From contig WTHU01000053.1 in assembly GCA_011523005.1 (NCBI GenBank), forward strand, positions 1 to 51,892: DNA of 51,892 bases, read 5' to 3'. The stretch is from Acidimicrobiales bacterium (GTDB taxonomy: Bacteria > Actinomycetota > Acidimicrobiia > Acidimicrobiales > UBA8592). Of this stretch, positions 18,329 through 30,318 are shown piece by piece. Under the pieces are notes generated by a model. The model had not been told where the DNA came from. It saw only the letters and a list, made by a program, of their open reading frames with translations, and did no database searches. Numbering within the stretch: position 1 is the first letter of the stretch; each line of letters starts with the position of its first letter. The position numbers and the translations under genes are program-made.

Positions 18329-19756
18329 TTATTTACTCGTTGCTCGCTCGTTTAGAATTTGGTTTATGATTTTCCCATCTGCTTGGCCAGATGTTGATTT
18401 CATTACCTGGCCAACAAAAAATCCCTGCACCTTGGTATCACCTGAACAGAAACGTTCCCATTCGTCGGAATGTTCATTGATGAGTTGATCTACGAGCTTT
18501 TCTAAATCGTTTAACCCGACTACCTCAAACCCTAACTCGGTTGCTAAGTTTGCCGGCATACCTCCCCTTTGAACTAACTCCCCCAGCACTTTCTTTGCTT
18601 GTGTACTGGTAATTTCTGACTTGTTCTCCATTTGGACCAATTGTGCGAGAGCTTCTGGTGTTAACGCTCCTAGACCAGAAGATAAGTTGTTTACCAAATG
18701 CTTAACTACTTTTTCTGGTTCACCTCCCCCTTTAATAGCGTCCAGAGCAAAGGCATCATGGTCACGTTCAACAAGCAAAGTCATGTCACTCGATTTAATT
18801 CCATTTAGGTCTGCCAGTTTTCCCCTGCGCTCAGATGGCATTTCGGGCATTTCTTGATCAATTTTCGCAATTGTTTCTTTACTGGGATTTAGGGGCACTA
18901 AGTCCGGTTCAGTGAAATAACGGTAATCTTCAGCATCTTCCTTTGATCGGCCGGAACGAGTTCTTCCTGCATCTTCATCCCAATGACGGGTTTCCTGTTT
19001 TGGGGATTCACCATTCTCATAAAGGCTGATGTGACGATTCGCTTCATATTCAATTGCTCGGCCTAGCGATTTAAGTGAGTTAACATTTTTTATTTCACAT
19101 CGCGTTCGTAGGTTATCCTCACCGTTTTCACGAACGGAAACGTTTGCATCTACACGTATCGAGCCTTCTTCCATTTTCGCGTCAGATATTCCTAGTGCCA
19201 AGATGATGTTACGTAGTTCAGAAACATATGCTTTGGCCTGTTCGATAGTTCGTATTTCGGGCTCACTTACAATTTCAATCAGTGGAATACCAGCACGGTT
19301 GTAATCTACTAATGAATAGTCGGACCCAGAGATTCTCCCACTGGTTCCAATATGGGTAGTTTTCCCTGTGTCCTCTTCAATATGTGCCCGTTCAATTCCT
19401 ATTGCTTCACCAGTTGGAAGCTCAAGGTAGCCGTTAAGGTTCGTCGGCATGTCATATTGGCTAATTTGATAATCTTTCGGCATATCGGGGTAAAAGTAGT
19501 TCTTTCGAGCGAACACTGAACGATTTACGGAGCAACGTAATGCTCTCCCTAATTGCATAGCGTAATAAACTGCTGTTTCGTTGACTACTGGCAATGAGCC
19601 AGGCAAACCTAAGCAAACTGGGCAAACATTTGTATTTGGTTCACTTCCGAACTGGTTGAGGCACCCACAAAAGAGTTTTGTCTTCGTTGCAAGCTCGACA
19701 TGCACTTCTAACCCGACTATGAGTTCCCAATTGTCTTTAAAAATTTCTTGATTCAT
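18329..19756 (-). CDS. gatB: Asp/Glu-tRNA amidotransferase subunit B
   Basis: GLEVHVEL, RKNYFYPD, DYNRAG and DYRYFTEPDL motifs. Confidence 0.97.
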   Translation of the reverse strand: MNQEIFKDNWELIVGLEVHVELATKTKLFCGCLNQFGSEPNTNVCPVCLGLPGSLPVVNETAVYYAMQLGRALRCSVNRSVFARKNYFYPDMPKDYQISQYDMPTNLNGYLELPTGEAIGIERAHIEEDTGKTTHIGTSGRISGSDYSLVDYNRAGIPLIEIVSEPEIRTIEQAKAYVSELRNIILALGISDAKMEEGSIRVDANVSVRENGEDNLRTRCEIKNVNSLKSLGRAIEYEANRHISLYENGESPKQETRHWDEDAGRTRSGRSKEDAEDYRYFTEPDLVPLNPSKETIAKIDQEMPEMPSERRGKLADLNGIKSSDMTLLVERDHDAFALDAIKGGGEPEKVVKHLVNNLSSGLGALTPEALAQLVQMENKSEITSTQAKKVLGELVQRGGMPANLATELGFEVVGLNDLEKLVDQLINEHSDEWERFCSGDTKVQGFFVGQVMKSTSGQADGKIINQILNERATSK

Positions 19757-21204
19757 TGTGATGCCTTTTCCAAGGTATGCGCTACTTGGTACATCACTGA
19801 TTCCTTCATTGGAGGTGCAAGTATTTGGACACCTATAGGCATACCATCCTTTCCTGAACCAAACGGGATAGACATGGCTGGATGGCCGACAAGATTAGAG
19901 GGAATCGTGCACACATCGTTTACATACATTGTCATTGGGTCATCAACTTTCGCCCCTAATTTAAACGCAGTACAGGGAGAAGTAGGAGAGAGAAGCACGT
20001 CATAGTCTTTATATAGCTCTGCAAAATTCTCCGCTAAGAGTCTCCGTACCTTGAGTGCTTTCCCATAGTACGCGTCATAGTACCCAGCTGATAAGGCATA
20101 AGTTCCCAGCATTATCCTTCGTTTGACTTCGTCCCCAAACCCTTCCGTTCTGGTATTTACATTCATTTCTTGTAGGTTGGCGCCATCAACTCGCAATCCG
20201 TAGCGAACTCCGTCGTAACGACTGAGATTGCTTGATGCTTCAGCTGGTGCGATGAGATAATATGCCGATAGGCAATACAAAGCAGCTGGAAGTGAAACTT
20301 CTTCAACTTGGGCTCCCGCATTGGAAAGAGTTGAAACAGCTATATTTGTTTGGTCGATAACTTCCTGGGTGATGCCATCAATGCCTCCCATTAGTTCGCT
20401 AATGATACCTACTTTAAGTTTCTTGACGCCTTGATCAATTTCATTCACGAAGGAGTTGGGGGCTTGTTTGATACTTGTTGAATCTAGCGGGTCATAACCT
20501 CCGATGACTTCATGAACGATTGCCGCATCTTTAACAGATGTGGCGAAGGGGCCTACTTGATCCAATGAGCTTGCAAAAGCAAGGAGTCCGTATCGTGAGA
20601 CTCCTCCGTATGTTGGTTTGACTCCAACTACTCCACAAAGGGCTGCTGGTTGTCGAATTGAACCTCCTGTGTCAGAACCTATAGCAATAGGGGCAAACCC
20701 TGCTGCTACGGCTGCCGCACTTCCGCCGCTTGATCCTCCTGGGACGCATGTAAGATCATGTGGGTTTCGAGTTGGTCCGAAGGCAGAGTTTTCTGTTGAA
20801 CTACCCATAGCAAATTCATCTAAGTTTGTTTTTCCCACAATTGTCGCGCCTGCTTCTTTAAGCTTTCTTACAACAGTTGCGTCATAGGGAGGGTTCCAAC
20901 CTTCAAGGATCTTTGAACTCGCAGTAGTAGGTATTCCTTTGGTGCAAAGATTGTCTTTAATTGCTACAGGGACTCCAGCTAATGGCCCTACGTTTTCTCC
21001 TTCAGAAATTAGCTTGTCAGTCTCTTTTGCTGCTGCTCTAGCTTCATTGATAGTTACTAAGTTAAAAGCATGAACATCCTTTTCGTGCTCTTCAATCTTG
21101 TTAAGATGCCGCTCAAGTATTTCAAGTGCGGAAATCTCACGAGTAGCGACAAGATCGGCTATTTCACTAGCACTTTGGTACTGCTCAGGGGTAACGCTAT
21201 TCAT
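19753..21204 (-). CDS. gatA: Asp/Glu-tRNA amidotransferase subunit A
   Basis: Amidase signature GGSSGGS, GSDTGGSIRQP, and EVKRRIMLGTY. Confidence 0.97.
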   Translation of the reverse strand: MNSVTPEQYQSASEIADLVATREISALEILERHLNKIEEHEKDVHAFNLVTINEARAAAKETDKLISEGENVGPLAGVPVAIKDNLCTKGIPTTASSKILEGWNPPYDATVVRKLKEAGATIVGKTNLDEFAMGSSTENSAFGPTRNPHDLTCVPGGSSGGSAAAVAAGFAPIAIGSDTGGSIRQPAALCGVVGVKPTYGGVSRYGLLAFASSLDQVGPFATSVKDAAIVHEVIGGYDPLDSTSIKQAPNSFVNEIDQGVKKLKVGIISELMGGIDGITQEVIDQTNIAVSTLSNAGAQVEEVSLPAALYCLSAYYLIAPAEASSNLSRYDGVRYGLRVDGANLQEMNVNTRTEGFGDEVKRRIMLGTYALSAGYYDAYYGKALKVRRLLAENFAELYKDYDVLLSPTSPCTAFKLGAKVDDPMTMYVNDVCTIPSNLVGHPAMSIPFGSGKDGMPIGVQILAPPMKESVMYQVAHTLEKASQ

Positions 21205-21503
21205 TCTTCTTCACCAAGAATTTTCGGCACAAGGAATCTTCCACCCTCTACTGCTGGTGCTTGGGGTAAAAAATCAGAGGGTTTTAGCATTGGATTTGGG
21301 ATATCTTTTCGCATTGTGTTTTCGATTGGAAGAGGATGGGACATAGGTTCAACGTCATTTAGTTCCAGTGCCTCAACATCCTTTGCATGGTCCAGGACTG
21401 CTCTTAGCTGGTCCGTAAAGGTTACTAACTCTTCGCTGGTCAATCGTAGGCGTGCGAGGTGAGCCACGTGTTTGACTTCATCGGAAGATATTGAATCTGA
21501 CAT
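21201..21503 (-). CDS. gatC: Asp/Glu-tRNA amidotransferase subunit C
   Basis: EVKHVAHLARL...FLVPKIL; overlaps the gatA start. Confidence 0.95.
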   Translation of the reverse strand: MSDSISSDEVKHVAHLARLRLTSEELVTFTDQLRAVLDHAKDVEALELNDVEPMSHPLPIENTMRKDIPNPMLKPSDFLPQAPAVEGGRFLVPKILGEEE

Positions 21504-21573
21504 TTGTACATTCTATCCAACTAAGTCCATCTGCCCGCAGTATCGAATTTAAGTTTCTTCCATCGCCAGATGG

Positions 21574-23217
21574 TTATTCCATAGTCTCTGGCCCCTGTGA
21601 AACAAAGATCTCTACGACTCCATCACGTAGGAGCTCAGACCCAGATGTGGGTTCCAATCTGATAACTATGCCAGGTCGTATCGTTGGGTGGAATACTTCT
21701 GTTCTTTTTGCTTGTAGACCTTCGAGCACAATCGCTGTCTCGACTGATTCATATGGTCTACCTATTAGCGCATTGGGGATTGTGCGAAGTTCGGGACCTG
21801 AACTAATTTGAATATCTACTTCGGATCCGGTGGGTAACTCAGTTGATGATGTTGCAGGCCCGATGACTAAGCCAATTGCTATCTTCTCATTAGGCACCTG
21901 AGAGATTTCCCCAAGTCTTAAACGGGCCTCTAGAAGCATCGATTCTGCTTCATCGATGGTGAGTCCAGCGAAGCCTAGAGGTATGTTACGAAGTTCAGGT
22001 CCAAGTGAAACGAAATAAGTAAGAATTTCTCCCTCCGCTAGTTCCATACCCGCGGTCGGGATAGTTCTTAGAATTTCTCCGTTCCGTGTTCCGTCTTCTC
22101 TTGTTAAAGCTTCTTCGAGAACCCAGTAGTCATCAAACTGGTCAATCAGTTCGGAGGCTTGCAACCCGGCGACTTCTGGGACCGTCTGAACTCTGATTTC
22201 TTCATCTGCATTTCCAGAATTGATCAGGAACGCTGCGCCGGCGATAAGAATAGCCATTACGAGTAGCCATAGCCAACGGCTAAGGTGCGACTTTAGGTAT
22301 AAAGTCGCTCTTTTAAGGCGAGCTTTAAAGTTTGATTTATCACCGACAGCAATGGCTTCTGGTTTATCATCGAACGCTTCAAGAAAATTGAGATTCAAGC
22401 TATTCTGGACAGGAAGTAACGCAGGTTTCGCGTTTTTGATGTTTACTTCACTTGTAATTTTTAATAATGCACTAGCAGTGGGTCGCTCGGATGCTTTTGC
22501 TGATAGCGCGCTTGCAAATACGGCCTCTAACTCTTCTAGAAGTTCTGAATCTATTTCTTGCGCCTCGCCAGTATTTTTGCTTTCAGGAAGCTTTGTATGA
22601 ATTAATTCTTTGAAGATCGCCGCAATGGCATAGACATCTGCAGCCGGACTAAGCAGCCCACCTTGACTTAATTCTGGCGATACGTAGGGGCCCTCGGTAA
22701 ACAGTTCCGATGAGAAATATTTTGCACTTACGCTTCCTATACCAGTATCAGATAACTTCAGGTCGCCGTTTAAACTGAAGATAACGTTTTCAGGTTTCAA
22801 GCCGCCATGGACTTTGCCTCTCTCATGGAGGTAACTCGTTCCCTTCAATATTTCCATCATGATAAATGTTATTTGCGCAACGGAAAGCGATGAGTCTTGT
22901 TGCAACATTGCTCTTAGATCTCCGCCTGCTAAAAATTCAGTGACGATATAAGAGATCTCCCCTGAGCCCCAATCCAAAATGTTAATGAGGTTTGGGTGGC
23001 TCGTTCGTGCAAGATCTTGGAGACTAATCTGGAAATCGTCTTGAACGTCGTTCCCACTGCGAAACGGTTCGTCGAATACCTTGACAATCGTTTGCTTCCT
23101 TACCCTGATATCATCGGCAAGGTATACCTGTGCCAGAGTTCCACTTCCTAATGGAGTTATCAGTCGGTAACGACTATTGATAACTTTCCCGGCATGTAAA
23201 TTCGTTGGTGATTCCAC
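21574..23217 (-). CDS. PknB-like Ser/Thr kinase-TM-PASTA protein with degenerate catalytic motifs (probable pseudokinase)
   Basis: Hanks fold is recognisable (RYRL..LGSG, HPNL, YIVTEF, KPEN, YVSPE, DVYA), followed by one TM and about 3 PASTA repeats (VPEVAG...VSLGPE). HRD reads HGG and DFG reads DTG. Confidence 0.85.
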   Translation of the reverse strand: MESPTNLHAGKVINSRYRLITPLGSGTLAQVYLADDIRVRKQTIVKVFDEPFRSGNDVQDDFQISLQDLARTSHPNLINILDWGSGEISYIVTEFLAGGDLRAMLQQDSSLSVAQITFIMMEILKGTSYLHERGKVHGGLKPENVIFSLNGDLKLSDTGIGSVSAKYFSSELFTEGPYVSPELSQGGLLSPAADVYAIAAIFKELIHTKLPESKNTGEAQEIDSELLEELEAVFASALSAKASERPTASALLKITSEVNIKNAKPALLPVQNSLNLNFLEAFDDKPEAIAVGDKSNFKARLKRATLYLKSHLSRWLWLLVMAILIAGAAFLINSGNADEEIRVQTVPEVAGLQASELIDQFDDYWVLEEALTREDGTRNGEILRTIPTAGMELAEGEILTYFVSLGPELRNIPLGFAGLTIDEAESMLLEARLRLGEISQVPNEKIAIGLVIGPATSSTELPTGSEVDIQISSGPELRTIPNALIGRPYESVETAIVLEGLQAKRTEVFHPTIRPGIVIRLEPTSGSELLRDGVVEIFVSQGPETME

Positions 23218-23298
23218 ATTTAGATCGTATTGCCCTTGTGACGATTTGCATATCCCATTTGATTGCAGTCATTGGATTTAATCTGGCAGAATGGGTAC

Positions 23299-23781
23299 AT
23301 GACAGAGAAGGTAGAGCCTCGACGTAGCTTGTTTTCAAGGATTCTTGGACCTGCTTTGGTTACCGTTGGGATTACTGGGGTCATTTTAGGCTTTGCGTTG
23401 TCAAATAGCGGAAGTACTGACATACGTGTAGAGGGCAACCCAGTGATAGAGGCATTGTTCCCCGAACCTGATGCAGAAGTACTCAGGCAAACATCAATCG
23501 GCATTGATTTAATAGCCGGTTACGAGGCAGAACTTACAATTAATGGGGTTCCTATTCCCCCTGATCAAATAAATGTATTGAGAGACTTGGAGAACCCCAG
23601 AGAGAGCGCTCAGACCAGCGGAACGTTTGGCTCAACATTAAACCGGTTTCTGTACCAACCCCTCGAAGGGCGAGCAGTGCCAGAATTACAGGGTGATAGA
23701 AACTGCGTTGTTGCAGTGTACTGGCCTCTCTCAGATACGACTGCCAGGTCAACAATTGAGTGGTGCTTTACTGCCCTGTAG
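23299..23781 (+). CDS. hypothetical N-terminally membrane-anchored secreted protein
   Basis: ATG at 23299 lies 6 nt after CAGAAT; single TM (ILGPALVTVGITGVILGFAL), then a beta-rich domain with two Cys near the C-terminus. Confidence 0.7.
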   Translation: MTEKVEPRRSLFSRILGPALVTVGITGVILGFALSNSGSTDIRVEGNPVIEALFPEPDAEVLRQTSIGIDLIAGYEAELTINGVPIPPDQINVLRDLENPRESAQTSGTFGSTLNRFLYQPLEGRAVPELQGDRNCVVAVYWPLSDTTARSTIEWCFTAL

Positions 23782-24428
23782 TCAGTTTGGAGTTGATAGC
23801 AACTTGTCAAGTTGCTTAACAGCATCTAATGGGTCAGGCCCTACGTGTATGCTTTTGATGCCTAATTCTTCAGCTACATGAACATGCTCTAAATAGTCAT
23901 CAAGGAATATCGTCTTGGCTGCTGACTTGTTAGCAATTTGGAGTGCCAACGTAAATATTTTTGGGTCCGGCTTACGTATCCCGACTTCGGAACTGTCAAT
24001 GATTCCATCAAATACATTCTCTGGCAACATTGATTTCCATGATGAACTAAATTCGCGAATATTATTTGAAAGGATGAGCTGGGTTATTCCTAAATCTTTG
24101 TATCGCCGAACAGCATCAAACATTTCCTGAGTCTTATCGTTTTCGCCTCCCATTGATTTAAAAAAATCCCTGATGGCAAAACCTTGAATCCCACTGGCAC
24201 TAATTAGAGCTTCTATTTCTTCAAGAGCTTCTGCCATTGTTATCTCACCCCGTTCAAGTCGGTGCCAATGGTGATCACCATCTTCTAAGCCGTAACCTAA
24301 AACTAATTCAATAAGCTGTTGGGGTTTTACTCCAAGGTGACCAGCGTAATTGTCAATTGAGTAGAAGGGAGAGCCTGTAAAAACGCCACCAAAATCCCAC
24401 AGAATGCATTCAAAGTCTAACTCCCCCA

Positions 24429-24429
<1 letters not shown>
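23782..24429 (-). CDS. HAD family hydrolase (epoxide-hydrolase N-terminal phosphatase-like)
   Basis: WDFGGV, LSNN, GIRKPDPKIF and FLDD motifs. Confidence 0.88.
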
Positions 24430-26486
<2,057 letters not shown>

Positions 26487-26523
26487 TTAGCAATGAACCC
26501 CGCATACTGCGAAAATTCTATAT

Positions 26524-27396
26524 GTGAAGAAGAATTCTTGGATATATGTATTTCGATTGGCATGGATTCCAATTCCTTTATTGGGGTATGAAGTCTTTGG
26601 TTCCGCTCTCAGTAGCAAAAGTGCATCTGTTCAAACCACTGTTGCTCTGAGTTTATGGATCCTCTGGTCCATCGTTTTCTTGATTTCGTTAATTCCTAGT
26701 GCCAGTCTACTCACCGTTTATAGAGTCGTAGTGCCTATTTCTGTAGTGGCTTCTATTTGGAGTTCCATAGAAGCAGAAATGAACGCTTCATCTATTTTGC
26801 TGCTCTTTTGTTCTGCTATCTGCTTCTCAATAAGTCTTTTGCCGTCAATTGGGTTTTGGTTTATCAATGGGTCAGCATATGGAGATGAAGTCCGCATACC
26901 TCTCAGGGCACCTGGCCCCTTGCTACTCGGCCCCGTTCCTTTGGCCTGGATAGTAGTTGCTTCGAGTTTAATTTTCTCAATCATTTATCTCTCTTCACAA
27001 AAATATGTTTTTGGATTTATCGTCTTTACGATAGGTTCAGGTTTGAGTTATTTTTCTTACCGCTCTTTAGCAGCGCTTTCGCAGAGGTGGCTCGTGTTTG
27101 TGCCAGCTGGGGTTGTCCTGCACGACAATATGGTTCTTGCTGACCCTTTTCTTATTAGAAAGTCAATGATTAAAGGTATCGGTCCTGCGTTAGCATCAAC
27201 CGATGGACTTGATCTCACGATGTCAAGTATTGGAATGAGTTTAGAAGTTGAGCTGTATGAGCCTGCCAATTTATCCCTACAAATGAACCCACTAGCTCCT
27301 CCAGAGGTTCATGAGGTCACTTCATTTTTAGTAAGCCCTTCTATGCTTTCAGTGACTCTAGAAATGGCATCATCACGCAGTATTGCGGTTCTATAA
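26524..27396 (+). CDS. hypothetical integral membrane protein
   Basis: About 6 TM segments with a conserved-looking GSAYGDE loop and a RWLVFVPAGVVLHD C-terminal domain. Confidence 0.75.
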   Translation: MKKNSWIYVFRLAWIPIPLLGYEVFGSALSSKSASVQTTVALSLWILWSIVFLISLIPSASLLTVYRVVVPISVVASIWSSIEAEMNASSILLLFCSAICFSISLLPSIGFWFINGSAYGDEVRIPLRAPGPLLLGPVPLAWIVVASSLIFSIIYLSSQKYVFGFIVFTIGSGLSYFSYRSLAALSQRWLVFVPAGVVLHDNMVLADPFLIRKSMIKGIGPALASTDGLDLTMSSIGMSLEVELYEPANLSLQMNPLAPPEVHEVTSFLVSPSMLSVTLEMASSRSIAVL

Positions 27397-28431
27397 TTTG
27401 CTAACGATTCCCGATCCAACGACCGTGTCTTCCTTATAGAACACAGTTGATTGACCTGAGGCTACTTTTTTATGCGGCTTTTCCCAGTAGATTTTATCTG
27501 CAATTTTTGCTCTAGCTGTATGACCGTGAGCGCTTGTTTGAATGTCAAGCGCATCAGTAACCGGTTCTCCAATCCATTGAATATTAGTAATTGGTGTTTC
27601 TTCATAGTAAAGGTCCGATTTAGGACCCACAGTTACGGTGGCAGATTCTACATTTACATCAACCGCATACCGAGGCTGGCCTTCCCCTGAGATTCCTAAA
27701 CCTTTGCGCTGACCTATTGTTACCATCTGCACTGCAGGCACGTTAGAGATTCTATTTCCTTGGGAGTCAATCACTTGCCCTGGTGTCATCGTCATATACT
27801 GCTCCAGAAATCGCTGTCTCCCGCCTTTAGTTCTACTGATAAAACAGACGTCTTGACTATCGGCCTTTCCAGCAGTTTGTAACGATAGCGACGCTGCTAT
27901 CTCTCTAACTTGATGTTTCGTGAGATTACCTATGGGTAGTTGAAGCCGGGCGAGTTGCTTCTCGCTAAGCATATGCAGAACATATGACTGGTCTTTCCTC
28001 AGGTCCACTGATCTACTAAGACGAAAACCTTCAGGCTGTCGGGTAATCTGGGCATGATGACCGGTAGCTATTAGCTCAAAGCCAAGAGCAGTGGCTCGAC
28101 GAAAAAGCTTGTCAAATTTAACATGCCTATTGCATTCAATACATGGATTTGGTGTTGCACCTACCTTATGGGCCTCAACGTATGGGTCTACTACATGAGC
28201 ATCAAACTCATCACCAAAATTAAAGACGTGATGCTGTATCCCTAGTTGGTCAGCTACTCTGCGTGCATCAATTACATCGGAGACTGAGCAACATCCAGTA
28301 TCAGAGGTGCCACCCCATAATTTCATCGTCACTCCGACGACTTCATATCCCTGTTCAAGAAGCACAGCTGCTGCTACGGAAGAGTCAACACCTCCCGACA
28401 TTGCGACGAGAATTTTCTTCTTGCCTTTCAT
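27391..28431 (-). CDS. mnmA: tRNA 2-thiouridylase
   Basis: MSGGVDS, TPNPCIECN, ATGH, KDQSYVL and DSQDVCF motifs. Confidence 0.96.
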   Translation of the reverse strand: MKGKKKILVAMSGGVDSSVAAAVLLEQGYEVVGVTMKLWGGTSDTGCCSVSDVIDARRVADQLGIQHHVFNFGDEFDAHVVDPYVEAHKVGATPNPCIECNRHVKFDKLFRRATALGFELIATGHHAQITRQPEGFRLSRSVDLRKDQSYVLHMLSEKQLARLQLPIGNLTKHQVREIAASLSLQTAGKADSQDVCFISRTKGGRQRFLEQYMTMTPGQVIDSQGNRISNVPAVQMVTIGQRKGLGISGEGQPRYAVDVNVESATVTVGPKSDLYYEETPITNIQWIGEPVTDALDIQTSAHGHTARAKIADKIYWEKPHKKVASGQSTVFYKEDTVVGSGIVSKL

Positions 28432-29588
28432 GATCCTAAGCTCCGTAGTCTTTGTATCGCATTTGGGAGTATTTCTAGTACTCTATCCACATCGTTTTGT
28501 GTACTTCTATATCCTAGAGATAACCGCAACGAACCCCTTGCAAGTTCACGTTGATAACCCATTGCAGACAAAACGTGAGATGGTTCCTGTGCGCCACTTG
28601 AGCATGATGATGCTGCCGATGCGAATACACCTGATTGTTCTAATAGAAAGAGCAAAGCTTCGCTTTCTATGTCAGCAAAGCAAAGATGGCAGGATCCTGC
28701 TACTTTGTTTGTTCGGTCAATGCTTCCATCGTCATTTGAGCGAACTCCTGTTTCGAAAGTATCACCAATTTCTAGAAGGGAATCTGCAAGATTGTTCCTT
28801 AGTGAAGCGACTCTTGCGATATCTGCTTCTTTTGTGTCGGCGGTAGCCCTTGCTGCGGCAGCCATGCCAACTATTCCTGGCGTATTGTGAGTTCCGCTTC
28901 TGAGACCCTTTTCTTGGCCGCCGCCTAACTGTAGTGACGAAACTTTTGTTTGGTCTTTAGCTATTAATGCTCCTACACCTTTTGGTCCCCCAAATTTATG
29001 TGCTGCTACGCTGATCAGGTCTGCGTGTTCTACAGCTATTTGCATATCAAGCCATGGAACTGCTTGCACAGCGTCCGTATGTATTAGAGCCTTTGGTGAT
29101 GCTTCTTGCACGATAGAGGCGATTGTTTTGAGATCTTGGATTACTCCTGTTTCTCCGTTTACTAAACCGATTGAAACTAATGTTGTTTCATCATTGATCG
29201 TATCAGAGAGATGATTTAGGTCTAAAGCTCCGTTTCGTTCTACATGTACGACTTTACCTCCTACTGACATTGTGGGCTCAAGTACAGCGTGATGTTCGGT
29301 AGCAGAACAAACCACAGTGCCACCTACCTTTGAGTGCACTCCGAAGATAGCTAGGTTATCCGACTCTGTACCTCCTGAGGTAAAGATAATATCTTGTGCT
29401 TTGCATCCAAACGCATCTGCTAAGTCGTCACGTGCATCATCAATTAAGCGAAGAGCTTTTCGCGCCATTAAATGTGATCCGGATGGATTCGCATAGTTTT
29501 CTCTTAACACTGGAAGCATCGCTTCAATAACTTCATCTCTGATGGGAGCAGAAGCGGCGTTATCCATGTAAGTTATGTCATCTATCAC
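28428..29588 (-). CDS. iscS: cysteine desulfurase (IscS/NifS family)
   Basis: YMDNAAS, ANPS, EHHAV, HTDAVQ, AHKFGGPKG and catalytic SSCSSG; coupled to mnmA. Confidence 0.9.
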   Translation of the reverse strand: MIDDITYMDNAASAPIRDEVIEAMLPVLRENYANPSGSHLMARKALRLIDDARDDLADAFGCKAQDIIFTSGGTESDNLAIFGVHSKVGGTVVCSATEHHAVLEPTMSVGGKVVHVERNGALDLNHLSDTINDETTLVSIGLVNGETGVIQDLKTIASIVQEASPKALIHTDAVQAVPWLDMQIAVEHADLISVAAHKFGGPKGVGALIAKDQTKVSSLQLGGGQEKGLRSGTHNTPGIVGMAAAARATADTKEADIARVASLRNNLADSLLEIGDTFETGVRSNDDGSIDRTNKVAGSCHLCFADIESEALLFLLEQSGVFASAASSCSSGAQEPSHVLSAMGYQRELARGSLRLSLGYRSTQNDVDRVLEILPNAIQRLRSLGS

Positions 29589-29684
29589 ATATTAAGAATA
29601 CTGAAAAAAGAAAATAACGTCACTGTGTCGCAAATCACTAAATAATTCTGACTGAGTTTTTCTTGCTTCAACTATGGTTTACAT

Positions 29685-30128
29685 ATGGCAACTATATGCG
29701 TCAGTATTGAGATAGCAGCGTCTCCAAAACAAGTTTGGGATGTCGTGAAGAATATCAGCGACCACGTAAATTGGATGAAAGACGCTGAGCGTATTGACTT
29801 TCTCACCGAGAAACAGAGTGGCGTTGGAACTAAATTTGACTGCGCAACAAAAGTCGGATCTTTCAGGCTTAAAGACAAAATGGAAATTACCGAGTGGGTA
29901 GACGCGAAGTCAATGGGCGTAAGCCATGAGGGCCTAGTAACTGGGACTGGCCGGTTTTCTTTAGCGGAAACTAACTGCAATGAGACTCTCTTTACGTGGG
30001 AGGAGACTCTGCACTTCCCGTATTGGATGGGGGGACCACTCCGTAACCCCGTGGGAACTCGCCTATTAGCTTTGATCTGGAAAAAGAACTTAAAGTTACT
30101 CAAGGAACAGGTTGAGGGATCACTGTAA
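29685..30128 (+). CDS. SRPBCC / polyketide-cyclase family protein
   Basis: IEIAASPKQVW...WM, GVGT.F, MEITEW and a C-terminal helix. Confidence 0.8.
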   Translation: MATICVSIEIAASPKQVWDVVKNISDHVNWMKDAERIDFLTEKQSGVGTKFDCATKVGSFRLKDKMEITEWVDAKSMGVSHEGLVTGTGRFSLAETNCNETLFTWEETLHFPYWMGGPLRNPVGTRLLALIWKKNLKLLKEQVEGSL

Positions 30129-30196
30129 AAACAGCCTTTTGAGAAACGTCGCTTTTGATTTAGCTCTCGATAACTCTGGGGGTAAGGTCAGTTGGT

Positions 30197-30316
30197 ATGT
30201 CTTTTGATCTGTTAGCGCATCAGGGAGGGTGGGATGAGATCCTGATGGTCGTTGCCCCAATTATTCTTCTCTTCTGCCTGTTGAAACTAGCAAATAAAAG
30301 GGCGAAACGGAATTAA
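30197..30316 (+). CDS. 39-aa single-TM microprotein (missing from the ORF track)
   Basis: MSFDLLAHQGGWDEILMVVAPIILLFCLLKLANKRAKRN*. It fills the gap up to 2 nt from the murA stop and has a TM followed by a basic tail. Confidence 0.7.
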   Translation: MSFDLLAHQGGWDEILMVVAPIILLFCLLKLANKRAKRN

Positions 30317-30318
30317 AT

